From positions 1 through 64,000 of the forward strand of contig NW_026861002.1 of the NCBI RefSeq assembly GCF_026571515.1: 64,000 bases of DNA. The letters run 5' to 3'. The stretch is from Ruditapes philippinarum. Lineage: Eukaryota. The notes below the pieces were generated by a model that was not told where the DNA came from, did not search any database, and worked only from the letters and a program-made list of their open reading frames with translations. This document shows positions 27,850 to 41,900 of the stretch, piece by piece (the stretch's first letter is position 1; each line of letters opens with the position of its first letter). Both the position numbers and the translations under genes were made by a program.

Positions 27850-30800
27850 TGTAACTGATATGGAAATGTAAAAATAATCACATGTTAATACTGAGCTGAT
27901 TATAATTGTACGAGTAGATTGAATATACTTTTATATGTTTAATATTGCTTTTGGCGATTAAAGTTTAGGAGAGCATAACAACTTCATAATACATATCGGT
28001 TGATATGCCGGTATTCTTTTAGCCAAAATTATTAATTCCAAATCATTTATACTTATCTAAAAGTATTTAGGGCATTCTGAACAATATTTATCATATACGA
28101 TTATATATACATGCATTTCCATAAGATACATTTATGATAACATAGTACTGTTTGCTCGAAAACACAACATTTACCGAGAAATAAGGAAGTAAAATAAAGT
28201 TCCTCTTTCCTTGATGAATTCTTACTTAAACAGATCAGACACATAAACAATTCTCGTTGGAGCATAAGAAATTCCCCCTTTTCCATTAAAGATAATAAAT
28301 TGACGAGGACCTCGCCAGCCAATTATCCCCATATCACAAATGTAAAAACATTTTGAGTTATCTCTTTATCATTTCTGTGACATTAATTATTTCCTGGTTT
28401 AAACACAACAAGAAAAGTGCCAACAAAAGGTGTTGTTATTGTAGCAATATGACAAGCCAAACCATGAAGAAAAGCTTATTTTGTGCATGATACACATTAA
28501 ATTATATTGTTTTGAAATAAAATATGTTTGATAAAAACATGTAAATAAATAATATGGAGGAAACTAATACAAATAACTTAGAAGTCCATCACTTTTTTAT
28601 TTTAGTTTCAAACATTAAGCAACATTGTTCTTGATAAGTTATTGATAATCACCATTTCTATATTTACTTTCCTTTTTGTCTTAAAAGGTTTTTATTCAAT
28701 GACAAAAGAATGCTGCTTCCACAATCCTACCATTTTGAATAAAAAGGATTATAAAAACATTTATGATTGTCAAACGTTTGCATGCAAATTGTTGATAAAG
28801 AAGATTTTTACACAGTTATTTTTTCCTGAAATACATTATATCTGGAAATAATTATTTCCTTATTCTACATGTAGCAATGTCACATGGGAGTCTTTAACTT
28901 CAACACTCGGATATCATCTGACATTTCCTTATATAATTCCATATTAAATTATCACATGCAACAAATATATCGTAAAGATTATTGGCAGCGTTCTCATCAG
29001 GTACATACAGGTCATCGCTTACTTGATACTCAAGTTATTCTGAAGATTTTACTCATAATTTAAATAGAAGTTAAATAGAGCGTACGAACGCTTGTCATTT
29101 TCTTTGGCCAGGCCACTGTATTATTACTTCAGTTGATTTGATTATTAAACCTTTAGACTTACTGATTTATAATCATTTACACAATTATTGTAAGATAATG
29201 TGTTGATTATCAAGTATTCAATTTAATTAATAACATTCAAATTATACTGCTCACTGCCACTGCTAACTTCCTACCGGTCAAATTATAACCATATATTTGA
29301 CAAAAATAGCAAATGTTTGACTTTCCCATGAACAGTAAAATTTGAATTCAAAATTTGATTTAATGGATCATTATCTATTTCAATTGCACCATTGTTTATT
29401 TTATTAAATAAATCTGTGCAGTTTCGGATGATTCAAGATGTTAATAATAAGGCAAAATTAATATTGAAAGATTTCACTATGATAGCCAATAATGAACACC
29501 TTTGTTATTCTACTTGCACTTAACAGAAAATCTTTTTTTTTTCAATCATTCAAAACAAAAATAAGAATAGTTACACTGCCGGTTAATGACCACTAATAAA
29601 TTTATGCTTTAAAACAGCATATTTAATTCCATTACTTAATTTCATTACTTGCCTCATTTTCATGGTACATTATAAAATTTATTGCATGCCTTTTTCATAC
29701 TCACTTTGCATTGCCTTCTTATGATTAAACTAAATGACACATTTAATATATGTTTCTATTTATTTTCTCGGAAATTAGCAAGTCCTTTCATGTCAAACAA
29801 ACTGTTCATCTACATGACGGAAGGTCGATATTTCATTTTATGTTATTTTATAACTTTTATGTTGTTTTACGTTTCCATCACGGACATATTTTGTCTACTA
29901 TGTTTTATTCCAGACATCATTTAGATTTATGTTATTCTTTTGGGATCATTTCCTTATTGGCATTCCAGTGTATAAAGTTTCTGTGATTTAATGTCCAGAC
30001 ATTTTCACATAGTGCTAAACATCAGCACTCGGATATTCTCAGACATTTCCTAGTTTTTAATCTCATTTTATCGTTTAAAACAGGATGTATGTTTTTAGAA
30101 GATAAAAATTTGTTTTGCTTATTTAATTTCGTATCTTGTACTAAATCATGCATTGCGTTTGTAATCTTATATATCAAAATTAAACTAAAGTGGTTCGTAT
30201 CAATTAGATATATTTCATTATTTATATGTGACTAAAATGAATAATTATGATTTAATCATAAAATAAGAATGTATGCTATTTAATGATATACATGTAGTTT
30301 CAGATACAGCTGGATTCATCATTTAGAATTATTACCATTCAAAGTGCAACGAAACCAGGAAACAAATGAGAAGGCTTTTGAAGATATTCAGCGTTATAAT
30401 GAAGTTCGACATTATTTTTCATTTTATGTCTTTCCGGATTCTAGGTCAGATATATAAACTCATTTAAGTACTTCATTTAGATATAATGAAGTATATCCTT
30501 GATATATTTACAACGTCTTAAGAAAAAAATATAAGTGGCTGCCCTTAAACTATAAACAATAAGCATTACAGAACTCTTACTGTCATATTTGGCAGAATGG
30601 GAGAAATCTTACTAGTGTATGAACATAATTCTTGTAAAATTTGTTTGTTTGTTTGATTTGGTTTTACATCACACCGACGCAGTATAGTTCATTTGGCGAC
30701 GTTCCAGCTTTACTAGTGGAGGAAGACCTGAGGTGCCCTTCCATGCATTATTTCGGGCACGAACGGGCATCTGAGTAGAAGCACCGACGTTCCGTAAACT

Positions 30801-33135
30801 AGCTGGATAGCTTCATCACATCAAAGAATCCAAAGTCCCTGTCGGGATTCGAACCCCCAGAGGTGAGGGACAAGTCGTTAGAAGTCAACGACCTTAACCA
30901 CTCGGCAACGGACACAGCTTGTAAAATGTGCAAACAAAAATGAATATGATTACTCCTAACAATTACATACATACTTTGAAATCATATTCTTCTTCCCGTT
31001 TTGTTTTGCAGATATCGAAAGTCAAACACATTTACTTCCAGCTATTATTATGAGCAACAATCAATTGTTTTTGTAGAAATAATGCTTTTTAAAGGTTTCT
31101 CGTGTTTGTCAATTAATCAATGAATTGGCTTAATGCAAAAGTGCCTAAGTGGTTGCAAATATGTGATTGTATATTGATTTTTGTCCCCGTCTTTCTATAT
31201 ATCAAAGCATATTGTATGCAAATATTATGCTTAAAACAAATGTTTATTCTATGTTGAACAACATTTGCTTTACCCATAGGGGCTGTGCAGTTAAGGTTTC
31301 ATTACTTTTTTATTTGAGAAAATATCAAACATTTCAAGAGTTTTTCCTTGTGCTCGTTACTAATATCACATTCATTTTTCGCTAGAATTTATGTAATTCA
31401 TTTCAAAATGTTTGATCTCAAAAATAAAAGAATTGAATAATGTTTTGTGTTAAGCAGACACAAAACGAATTTGATTTGCTACAACATGTACAAGGAAATT
31501 AAATGCAAAATTGATTTAAATGTCTTTGATGTCTGTATCAAGGAAGTAAACGTAAAATACTCGTACTTATTTATTGTAATGCACGCATCTTACATCTAGC
31601 CTATTTATCTGTTAACATTCATGTATTTCTGAATACCGCATGTTCAAGCATTTGTTGTATTGTTTATTTAATTGCTTGACACCACTTTTTAAGAAAACAC
31701 AGACATAGCAATGCAAGAGGAAAGGCTCTTATTATTTTAGTATGTTAAAGATATATGAAATCTGGATTTCAATAGCCGACTTTTTAAATCTGTCTATTGT
31801 CGCTCGAAAAAATCACTTTTTTATTTTATCAGTGGAATGACTTACAGTTTCAGAAATTTTATAAATGTAATGATCAGCCACACAGCAATGACTCAAACAT
31901 ACACATAGTAAGTATAATATAGCCTTAATCATTTAAATTCGCCTATGTAGAGGGCGTAACTTAAATTGAACCTAAATTTTTACCTTGCACTGACATCTTT
32001 AAAATGCTTTGAAATAAAAACTCGCCATCTGAATTGCGGTGTTTACTTATCAGAAAATCGTGTTATTTTATAATAATAACAGCCACTTTGTTGTTCCTTT
32101 TGATACCAGCCACTTGTTTTTTCTTCTCTACATAAATGTTTGTCTTTTTTACCACTATTGCTGTGATTTTTTTCTTTTGGATAGCTTGCATAAAAACATA
32201 CAGGGTTAAAGGGAGACACAGACATTTTTTTTTCATTTCTTCGATTTGAATGTTTCATTCTTAATTCTGTAAATTACCTCAAAATGAATACTCTGGGAAG
32301 TCACAAAAACAAAACATTTCTCTTTATAAAGAATTAAATGGTGGATTCCTAAATTGACCCACGTGGGTCAGGTTAGAGCGATAAGATTGCACAATACTTA
32401 TCACAGTGGACTCTGGAAACATTAAAGAAAATTTCAAATGAATGACTTGTTTCAATCATACAATATCCACAATAGTCATTGTAACTCCTGTTAATATAAC
32501 TTCCAGGGTTTGTTCAAGTCACATGATTTGTTTTAAAACAACTCGGTGATTCTACCGGCTTCTAAATTTCGTTCAACATATAGAGATGTATTTAAGCTTC
32601 AAGCCCAATATATATATAATTTTTATCTCTTTAAGATGACTGTGCATTTGTTATGTTAACATCACTGACAACACTAGCTAATATAATAAAAATATTTTCT
32701 ATAGTCTTTGGGAACGTGAATTCGAGTCTCGCCTGTGGCATTCATTCTATGTTAAATAATTCACAATCCTTATGTCTAGCATTGAAGATAGTACCCAATA
32801 TCTGGAGGAAATATATTTTTAGATTTTTTATAAGATTATAGGCACTTAGCAACATATCGGTATAAGACTTAAGCTCTGCTGCAACTGGCTACAAAATTGA
32901 ACTAATAAACCTGGTTAATGAAATGCTATACATTATTTCTGTAAGTTACACGAAAGAGCCGTAGAACTTTGAATACTTTATCCATATTGTTAACATGGTA
33001 AGTGAGACGGTTCTAAATAAATGTTACATGTGTATATTTTGAAAGCCTTAACAATCCATTTCTGTTAGATTAGTACCAGTAATGCCACGAATGGACAGTT
33101 TTCTTATTAGTAGGCATTAATAAACAGCGTTTAAA
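27850..33135 (-). pseudogene. Decayed coding blocks with a SINE inserted at 30641-30917
   Basis: LCLNQEIINVTEMIKR..CFYICDMGIIGWRGPRQFIIFNGKGGISYAPTRIVYVSDLFK (28225-28410); SDDLYVPDENAANNLYDIFVACD..EMSDDIRVLKL (28895-29020); NEISTFRHVDEQFV (29795-29837). Confidence 0.6.
30641..30917 (-). mobile_element. Full-length copy of the same SINE
   Basis: Collinear with 4267-4551; 10-bp TSD CTTGTAAAAT (30631-30640 / 30918-30927); the empty site is seen in the paralog at 35592. Confidence 0.9.
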
Positions 33136-34119
33136 GTTGTTTTATATCAGACTGAAATTTCTTTGACTTTGATGAGCTAAGTTCATGGCTTTTATGCTCA
33201 CAACCGTGTTGTTTGTGCCGTGTGGCGGCTGTAAAAAGTCTCCCCGTACATGCAATCAATGTTGTTATATTTTCATCCTCAAGGGATTGTTCGGCGTTCA
33301 GTGTCGGTGTCCCCCTCCATGCCCAGCCTTGTTCCTGTTGCTGGGTCATGGGGGTTGCGTTCATTGAACGCCGCCTTTCCTTGTGGATCTTGTTTATCAT
33401 ATTTTGTAATAGATCAATATAGAATATAATACAAACTTGTAAAGATTAGCACTGTATGATACCATGGATTGGACAATACTACTGTAAATGACATGAAGTG
33501 TTTGGGTTTTCTTTCTATTTCAATGTTGTTAAGAAATGACACTATTATTATAAATTTTCTTTTTTATTGTATAAGGTTAAGTTATCACTTTATAAAGCAC
33601 TAGAATATTTTCAATTCAAAATAAAACACAAACAATGATTATATTGATTTTCCAATCACACACTAAAATATTGAAAACAAGATCATCAAGGAAGGGCCGG
33701 CGTTCAGTGTAAGCAACTCACATACGATCCAGCAACATAGCACCTCCGGCAAGAAGAAAGTCATTTTAATACTTGACAAATATTTTACTTAAAACCTTTA
33801 AGTTATGAGACGTATTATTGTTACCTCATACCATTAATCCTATTTTATTGTTGTGATAGAGACTTACGTGCACCATTTACCAATACAAAGAAATCCATTA
33901 CTTTTTGCATGAGCATAGTGACAAAAAGAATATCAAAATATTTAAATTGATGTAGCTTTCAAACGGCTATAAAAATAATATAAAAACAAATATGTTTTAT
34001 CAAATTCAATTGTTAAATTCATAATGGTTTAAGTTTTTTTTAATCAAATTTGTCACCCGTGCGGAGAACATTTAACTTGAAATATATCAGTTTCGTACTT
34101 TCGCTATGCTGCAGAAGAA

Positions 34120-35990
34120 TCTCAAATTCAACACGCGGCTATCATCTTGACATTTCCGTATATAAATAGCAAATCGCATGCAACAAATATATCGTGAAGT
34201 GTATTGGCGGTGTTCTCATCAGGTACATAAAGGTCATCACTACCTTGTTCTGAATTCTGAACGCTACATTTAGAAAAAAGAATAGTAGTTAAGCATTTGT
34301 TCAGTTGATTTTTTTCTAAAACCATTAGACTCGTTGATATATTTCTTTATATTGAAAGATAATGTGGCAAATTTAATTTTAAACATCCAATGTCGTACCC
34401 TAGATTCGACAAGGCAACCTATGTTTGAATTTGCAATATACAGTAAAGTTGTTTGTATTTCAAACGTTAATCATTAAAACCTATTATTGCCACTACAGAA
34501 TCATTTTTGTTTTTATTAATATTCTGTGCAGTTACGGTTGATTTTATACGTGAAACACTTGCAAATAAATGTTGTTAGAAAAGTACAATAGTTTGTTTAA
34601 ATGATTGTGTTCCTGTTCCCGGAAGTTATCCAATTTCTGTTACAAGCTGTTCAAGGTCGATAGTTTATATAACATTTATGTTGTTTTAAGTTTCCAGCCA
34701 CATAAATACTTTCTGTTCTATGGTTAATTTCAGACAACATTTAGATTTATGTTATAATTTTGGGAAAACTTCCTTATTGGCATAAAACATATCACATCCA
34801 GTGTTTAGATATTCTGTAATTTAGTGTCCAGACACTTTCATAGTGTTTTTAACATCAGCAGTCGGAAATTCTCTGACATTTCGTGTTTTTCATTAATTGT
34901 TTTAAACAGGACGTATGTTTTTAGACGTAAAATCAGTATTTCATTTGGACATTTCGTATCTATCAGTAAATAATGCATTGCGTTTATCAAAGTTAAGCTT
35001 AAATTGTCCGAAATAAAGAAGATTTATTTAATTTTGTAAATATGACATTACCTTTGTACTGAAAGGAAAAGTTATGTTTGAAAAGTAGATATCTTTCCAT
35101 GCAAATTCTCATTAATTTGACGAGGTTAGTCGTGTCTTGCGACGCAGTAATTCTAGCTAGTTTCAAGTTCATAAGAGTAGAACATGATTCTATCAATTTC
35201 CGGTAAAATCTTTATTAAGTAAAAGCTGTTTGGGCATCTTATTAAACTGAAAACTGTCTGTTTATTATATGATTTACGTGTACATGTAGTTTCAGATGCA
35301 GTCACACTTCATCGTTTAAAATTTATACTATTCAACGTGCAACAAAACCAGGAAACAAATGGTAAGGCTATTGTAAGTGTTCAACTTATCCGGATTCTAT
35401 GTCAGCTATATAAACTGCTGATTTGCAATCAATGAATAGTTAATATGGATGTAATGTTCATCCCTGATATATTCCATAAATCTCAATAAACTGCCTTAAC
35501 ACTAATAATAATTATAAGTATCATGTAGCACTTATCGTGATATTTGCCATATTATAAATGGCAGAAGTCTAACAAATGAATGAAAATAATTCTTGTAAAA
35601 TTTGCCAAGAAAAATATAAAAAAAAACTTTACCGTTAAAGATCAAAGACAAACTTTGAAATCATGATGTGCTTCCTGTTTTGTTTTACAATTACATTTGT
35701 ACCAAGTTTAGTCATAATAACTTCCAGGTACTATCTGAGGTCATTATCAATTTATCATTATTTCGTGGAAATGACGACTTTAAAGGTTTTTCGTGGATGT
35801 TATTAAACCAATGAATTCGTGCAAAGCAAAACAACCATAGTGGTTGCAGATATAAGATTTTGTTTCCTTATGGCCTAAATAAGGATGGTAAAACGTAATG
35901 AACGTAACTGGAAATTGCATCGTTGGCTAATTAAATGATATCATGGCAGTTCTTTAGCCTTCTACGGTATATTAAAAAATCATGCAAAGT
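34120..35990 (-). pseudogene. Decayed coding block
   Basis: SDDLYVPDENTANTLHDIFVACD; EMSENFRLLML..KCLDTKLQN..KYLCGWK; HKETKSYICNHYGCFALHEFIGLITSTK. Confidence 0.58.
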
Positions 35991-38900
35991 TTTTTAATCA
36001 AACTAGATTAAGACTGATTGCACAAGAAACAAGTTTGAATGAAAATTGAGATTTAAAAAAAAACAAACAAAAAAAAAACAAAAAAAAACGACTATCAAGG
36101 TGTGCACATATTAGCTGTGGCTACACAATGGCTACATGTCATTTTTTTTTTGTTTCATTTTGTACATGTACACCACAATGCCACTCACTCAGGCTCGTTA
36201 ATTGATTCATTTACGCAGTATGATAATGTGGTGATTTAAATAGATAATCAAATTTTTAACCATTTGAATATGTTTGTCGTTCTCCATTTACTTAAAAGGA
36301 CATTGTTGAATTAGTATGCTGCCGTTTTTACTGTATTTATCATAAAATAATGCATATGTTGTTTACTTGGTGTAAACCTTCGATGGTAATTAAAGTTTGA
36401 AAGTTTGAATTTGCCACGAACAGAGAAATTTGTATTCGAAAAGTAATAAGATGAAACTTATTTTTCCATTTCTAAATCATTGTTGTTTAAATTTATAGAC
36501 AGTGGATTGGATGTTTCCAGATCCTAAGAACGACTGACAATTCATATAGACCCACCCCGCCCTCTCTAGTTCAATGTAAAGGCTCCACCTCATGAAAACG
36601 AGATTAAGTGGTGTGTGTGAGATAACCGCGCGCTTGTGCAAATCGATACAGGAAGTTACGTCAAGCATAGCGCGTGATGGTAAAACAGCGCTGCGTACTT
36701 AAAAAAGGAGGTAACTATATATTGTCCAGTTGAGGTGACACGTGCATAAATAATTTTGTCTCTGTTCCCTATCTTAAGAAAGACATGTAGAGAATGTCAC
36801 GTGACACGCACTGAAGCATATGTTCGCGGTAGAACTCCAATTATTTTTTTCGCACAGGCACAAGTATTTTTTTATTTATTTTTTTAAATAAGTACATAAG
36901 ACTCTCTTGCCTGTTTCTGTTTCTATTCCCGGAAGATTTAAATTTCTTTTATTTCAAACAAGCTGTTTGTCTGCATAACGAAAGGTCGAAAGTTCGTTCA
37001 ACATTTTTGTTATTTTACGTTTCCAGCCACAGACATTCAATGTGTGCTATGTTTCTTCCTTATTGCCATATAAACATCCAGTGTTTAAATATTCTGCGAT
37101 TAAGTGTCCAGACTAAATCAAAAAGCACTCGGATATTCTCTGTCGCTACCTTTTCCCTTCATTCAATTGGGAAAACCTCAACAGACACATACAGCAGATG
37201 AGTTTCCTTTGGGGATATTCCTGCTATATATCAGTTTATTTTTTACAGAGGTTGAAATAGGGCAAGGGTAACACATATTCACAAAAGCAAAAATATAGGT
37301 TAATGAGATGAAATTTATTCCAGTAATTATGTCTAAGGCCTATTGTAAAATTTACCAACTGCATAGGCACGCAACAAGCTGACTCTTTAAATACAGCTGT
37401 AAGGTAATTAACGACAGCATTAGCTGGTATTGGTTCATTTTTTTCTGGGGTTTATATTTGAAACAAAAGTGAAAGGGCACAAAAGAGGGAAAAGCACTGA
37501 CCATAGTATTTTATTTTTTTTTGTATTTTTGTGATAATTTTTGTTTAAAAAATATAATGATGTTGCGGTAAAACAGTTGTATATGAAACAATAAATGAAT
37601 GAATGAATAAATGAATAAATAAATGAGTGGAAATAACACTGGCTGTCAACATCTTGGAATGTTTCTGCAACACAATCGTCTCTGGCTAACGGCCTCGAAA
37701 TATTTTATATCGATGTCACCCCATCCAGTGTTATGTCCCCGTAATTACCTCGTTTCATACTCTATCTATTACGTATCATGAAGCAATTGTCGTGATATCT
37801 GGAATATTATGGGAAAAATGTATAAAAAAGTCTTGTAAAATTTTAATAAGTTTGCTGTCGAAAAATAAATACAAATTTTAAAATTATGTTCTTCTTCCTG
37901 TTTTGTTAAACAGTCATCAAGTACAATCATATTTACTTCCAGCTTTTATCTAGGACATTTATTTCGTGGAAATGAAATATTAAATGGCCAATGAATGTGT
38001 TAAACGCCAACCTGTTATTGTGATTGCACATTAATGATTTTATTTCCCAATGACCTAAATAGGGTAGGGCTGGTAAAACGTGATAAATCAACTAGAAATT
38101 TCATCATTGACTGATGATGACCGAAGGCATCGGTGTTATGCTTCAGTATGCTACGATTATTTAAAATGTTTTTGAATAAATATAGATTAAGGCAGACTGC
38201 ACGAGTCTTAATTTGAAGAAAGAACATGCCAGAAAACTGTGCATATATTGACTCAAATGATAAAGTGACTTCTGTTGTAATTTTTTATTTTACATTTTTA
38301 CATTTTGTACTAAAACAATGTCACTCACTCACTCACGCACACACGCACGCACTCCCTTGCTCACTTGCACACTCACCCACTTGGACACTCATTCATCATT
38401 CACGCACTGGCTTTGTTAAATGCGAAATAATTGGACTAGAAGTAATACACGAGAGGTTCTTTTGAAATAAGAAAGAAGTAACATATTTTTTACACGAGAA
38501 GTTACTATATAATTAATATGAAAATAATCGCACGTTTATACTATGTTAATAAATGTAAGAGAAGAGCATATATAATCTTAAAAGTTTTGATATTGTTTTT
38601 GTCGGCAAAATTGAGAGGACCATTGAAATTTCATATTACATTTCCGATTATATGCCGGTATTTTATATGTCAATTTCTTTTCATTCCAAATCATTTAACA
38701 AATACGCCACGTTATCTAAAATTATTAAGGACATATTGAGCAACATTTATCATATACGATTATAAATACATTTGTGTCCATGTTTATACATTTATGAAAG
38801 CATAATACAGTTTGCTCAAAAACAAATCATTAACGGAGAAAAAAGGAAGTATTTGATGATTTATTACTAAAAGAGATCAGACACATATGACTGATATATC

Positions 38901-41900
38901 GTTGGAGCATCTTTTCCATTCAAGATAACAAATTAACGCGGACCTCACACCAATTATCCCCATATCACAAATATAAGAACTTTTTGAATTAGCTCTCTCG
39001 ATTATTTCTTTGACACTAATTATTTCCTGGTTTATCTGTCATACAGGAAAACAAATGTGTTACTTTGCCAGTTTAATAACAAAAAGAACGCCAAGCTATG
39101 GGGAAAATAATGTTGTACATAATGAACGTATATCATAGTGTTTTGAACTAAAATATGGATGAAACTGATACAAATATTTGAGCACCATAGGAGTTATTTA
39201 TAGTCCATTACGCGTTTATCTTAGTAAACAGTGTGTTAGTCAGAAGCAATTTTATTTAAGTGTCCGAAAACATAATAAATCTCCATTACCACCGGATTTT
39301 TTTTCCCGTTTTCCGTATCCTGACATACAAAAAATGCTCTGACAGCATGTATCTGCCAATTATAATTCTATATCAAAACATATGACAATTTAGTGAAAAT
39401 ATGACATTTCTGTTCCTTAAACATGCTACCATACTTTTTTATTGCTATCTTAGAATGCCTGTAAAAGAACAACAAAGTATCGAGTATCGACTTTGATTTC
39501 TGTTTAACTGCAATATACAGTGGTGTAGACAAAAAAAAACAAAGAAAAAAAACGGAAAAGAAATCTGAACACTATGATTCTACAATATACTAAATGTACT
39601 TAAGCTTGCTGTCGAAAGTTAAATACTAATTTTAAAAATTACGTTTTCTTCCTGTTTTGTCTCACAGTCATAAAGTTCAATTATATTAACTTCCGGCTTT
39701 TATCTGGGACAGTTATCAATTTATTTCGTGGAAATGATGACTTTTAAATGTCGTAGTTAACTGTGTATCGGTCAGAAACCTATTCAAGTGTACGAAAACA
39801 TAGTAAAACTCCATTATCACTGGAACATTTGTTTTATCTTGAAGTGCTCGTTTTCCGTATGTTGACATTCAAAATTGTCCGAACGCTCTGTGCGTATCTG
39901 CCATCATTTAAAGTTATAAATTATAAAAAAGATATTTATTCATATTATATCACAATTGTTAAGGAGTACGTCGCCATACATTTTTGTGCACATGTACGTT
40001 TGACAGACTTTGTGTAATATGTAATTTTGACTCATGACGTGTCTATTAACATTTCAAGTCTAACTCTATGTCAATCGAAAGGCAACTTATCTTTGGTGAT
40101 ATTGATGTCCAATTTTTAAGTAGTTAATTTAAAAATAATTTATTATGAAAGCATTATAAAAATAGCATCGGTTTAAGGAAAATCTCTTGTTTATCACTTA
40201 TTTCGGTTTGTGATTTGATTTACAAATTATTTCACTCATCGTTGAAATCGATATGTTGAAAGCCTAAGAAAGAATTATCTTTCTTATTCCTAGTTTTACT
40301 TTTGTAACTTCAGAAAATTCTTGGTACAAAAAAATGGTAATGTTTCCATATATGGCAAGCAAAAGAACACAATGTCACCACTCTATAAGAAATTAAACAT
40401 TTTGCGATTGTTTTAAAGTATGACAAACCCTTACAAATCGGTGAATATCGGTAAATATAAATAATTATTGGGGTAATATTGCAAAAAAACCCTAACTTAT
40501 TTCATCTTCTTTTGACAGCATTCGAAGTACATATTTTCTTTGCATTTGTGTCCAGGTAAAAAGTGTTTCTCACTTTGACTTCATTATTTGAGACCCAAAA
40601 ACTACAACTACTACAACAGCAACAACAACAACAAAACAAGTTGGCAAATCTTATACTTGGTCAATAGGGCCCGTAGTCCTTAATGTTAAACTTGATTTTT
40701 TTAGTTATCTGAAAGTGGTGTTGGAACAATGAATGATATCATTTCTACTTTTTTTTCGTTTAAGGACTTAACATGGTGTTGCAGAATGATGCTTTACTGT
40801 ATAGACCTAACCTTAATTATAGATTTTTTCTCAGCATAAGTTTATAACATAAAGTTACTTATCTTTCATCATCAGATCTCTCTTTTTACTTTAAGTTTGT
40901 TAATTTTTGCATCACATATTTAATAAATGTTTAGAATAAGTGTGTTAAAACAACATCGTTCATTTGTATCTTAATACACCCATCGAAAACGGACAACAAA
41001 GTTACAGTAGGCGTTAACTCATTCATTGATAATAGGGATAATTGTTATATTTTTGTTTTGAAATGTATCACATGAATCCATTAACCTTTGATTTTACAGA
41101 TGTAAGTTATATTTAAGCACACCCAAGTATAAATAAGTCATTGACCAAACTCTTCAACACTTGAAACACTTGTTAAAATTGACCCGAGGAAAGATCTATG
41201 TTAAGTCATTGCCGGATATCGCACGGTAAGTGGTATGTTTCACTTCATGTGTTCGTTCTATTATTTTCTTTCTAGCTATGCTTGAAGACAGTCGTCAACA
41301 TTCTTATGACCACACACTTAAAAGTTGAGACTTTAAAAAGTTACTACCTTATCTTCTTTATTTTCTATAAATGCATATATGAGTGTGCTATAATGTAAAT
41401 AGATTTCTGTGCTTATCATGGTTAGATTTTTTTCTTTCTCTTTCATCACAGAAGGATCCATTTAAAATGAGCTTGTACAACAACAGAATATGTTGTAAAG
41501 TGCAAGTTTTAATATATTAGTATCTGCATGATCAAGCCGTTCCAAGCCGGTGCCCCTATGTGTTCCTCAGATGTATGTCTTGTTTATTGATACATACAAT
41601 ATTTTGGTAAAACTTTTATGTCCCTTCTTGTGTTTTTTGTCTACGGTACGTATATCCCCTTTCCTTCTAATTTTTCAATTTCATTCCACCTCCCTACCCC
41701 ATCCTTCTAGTCCCTTTTCATGGGCCCTTTCCTTATATAGGTATTTAAGACGTGTATTTCTAGATTTTAATTTTTTTCATCTTTGATTGCCTTGTAGGTT
41801 TCTATGTTTTGCTATTTTCAATGGTTTGTGGTGGAGCCCCTTAAGTTTTATCTCAATGTGTCGTGTCTGTCCTGTTTTGGTGTCCTGCTGGGCTCCTACA

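Noticed and set aside
27493-27858. ORFs containing X runs
   Set aside because: Artefacts of the N gap
28975-29020. GTGATGA...CTGATGAG on the minus strand (also 25665, 34215) as a C/D snoRNA or hammerhead ribozyme
   Set aside because: No stem II/CGAAA, terminal stem or conserved guide; boxes are not conserved in all copies; it reads as DDLYVPDEN codons
34610-36935. Recurrent STAT-like TTCCCGGAA / TTCGTGGAA and IRF-like GAAACAGAAAC motifs suggesting an immune enhancer cluster
   Set aside because: Occurrences are paralogous, not independent, and are explained by minus-strand codons (e.g. CTT CCG GGA = LPG; GAA ACA GAA ACA = ETET)
41100-41231. Plus-strand exon (ttttacag ... cg|gtaagt), also at 54162-54293
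   Set aside because: In-frame stops in both copies and no partner exons; a non-coding antisense exon cannot be excluded
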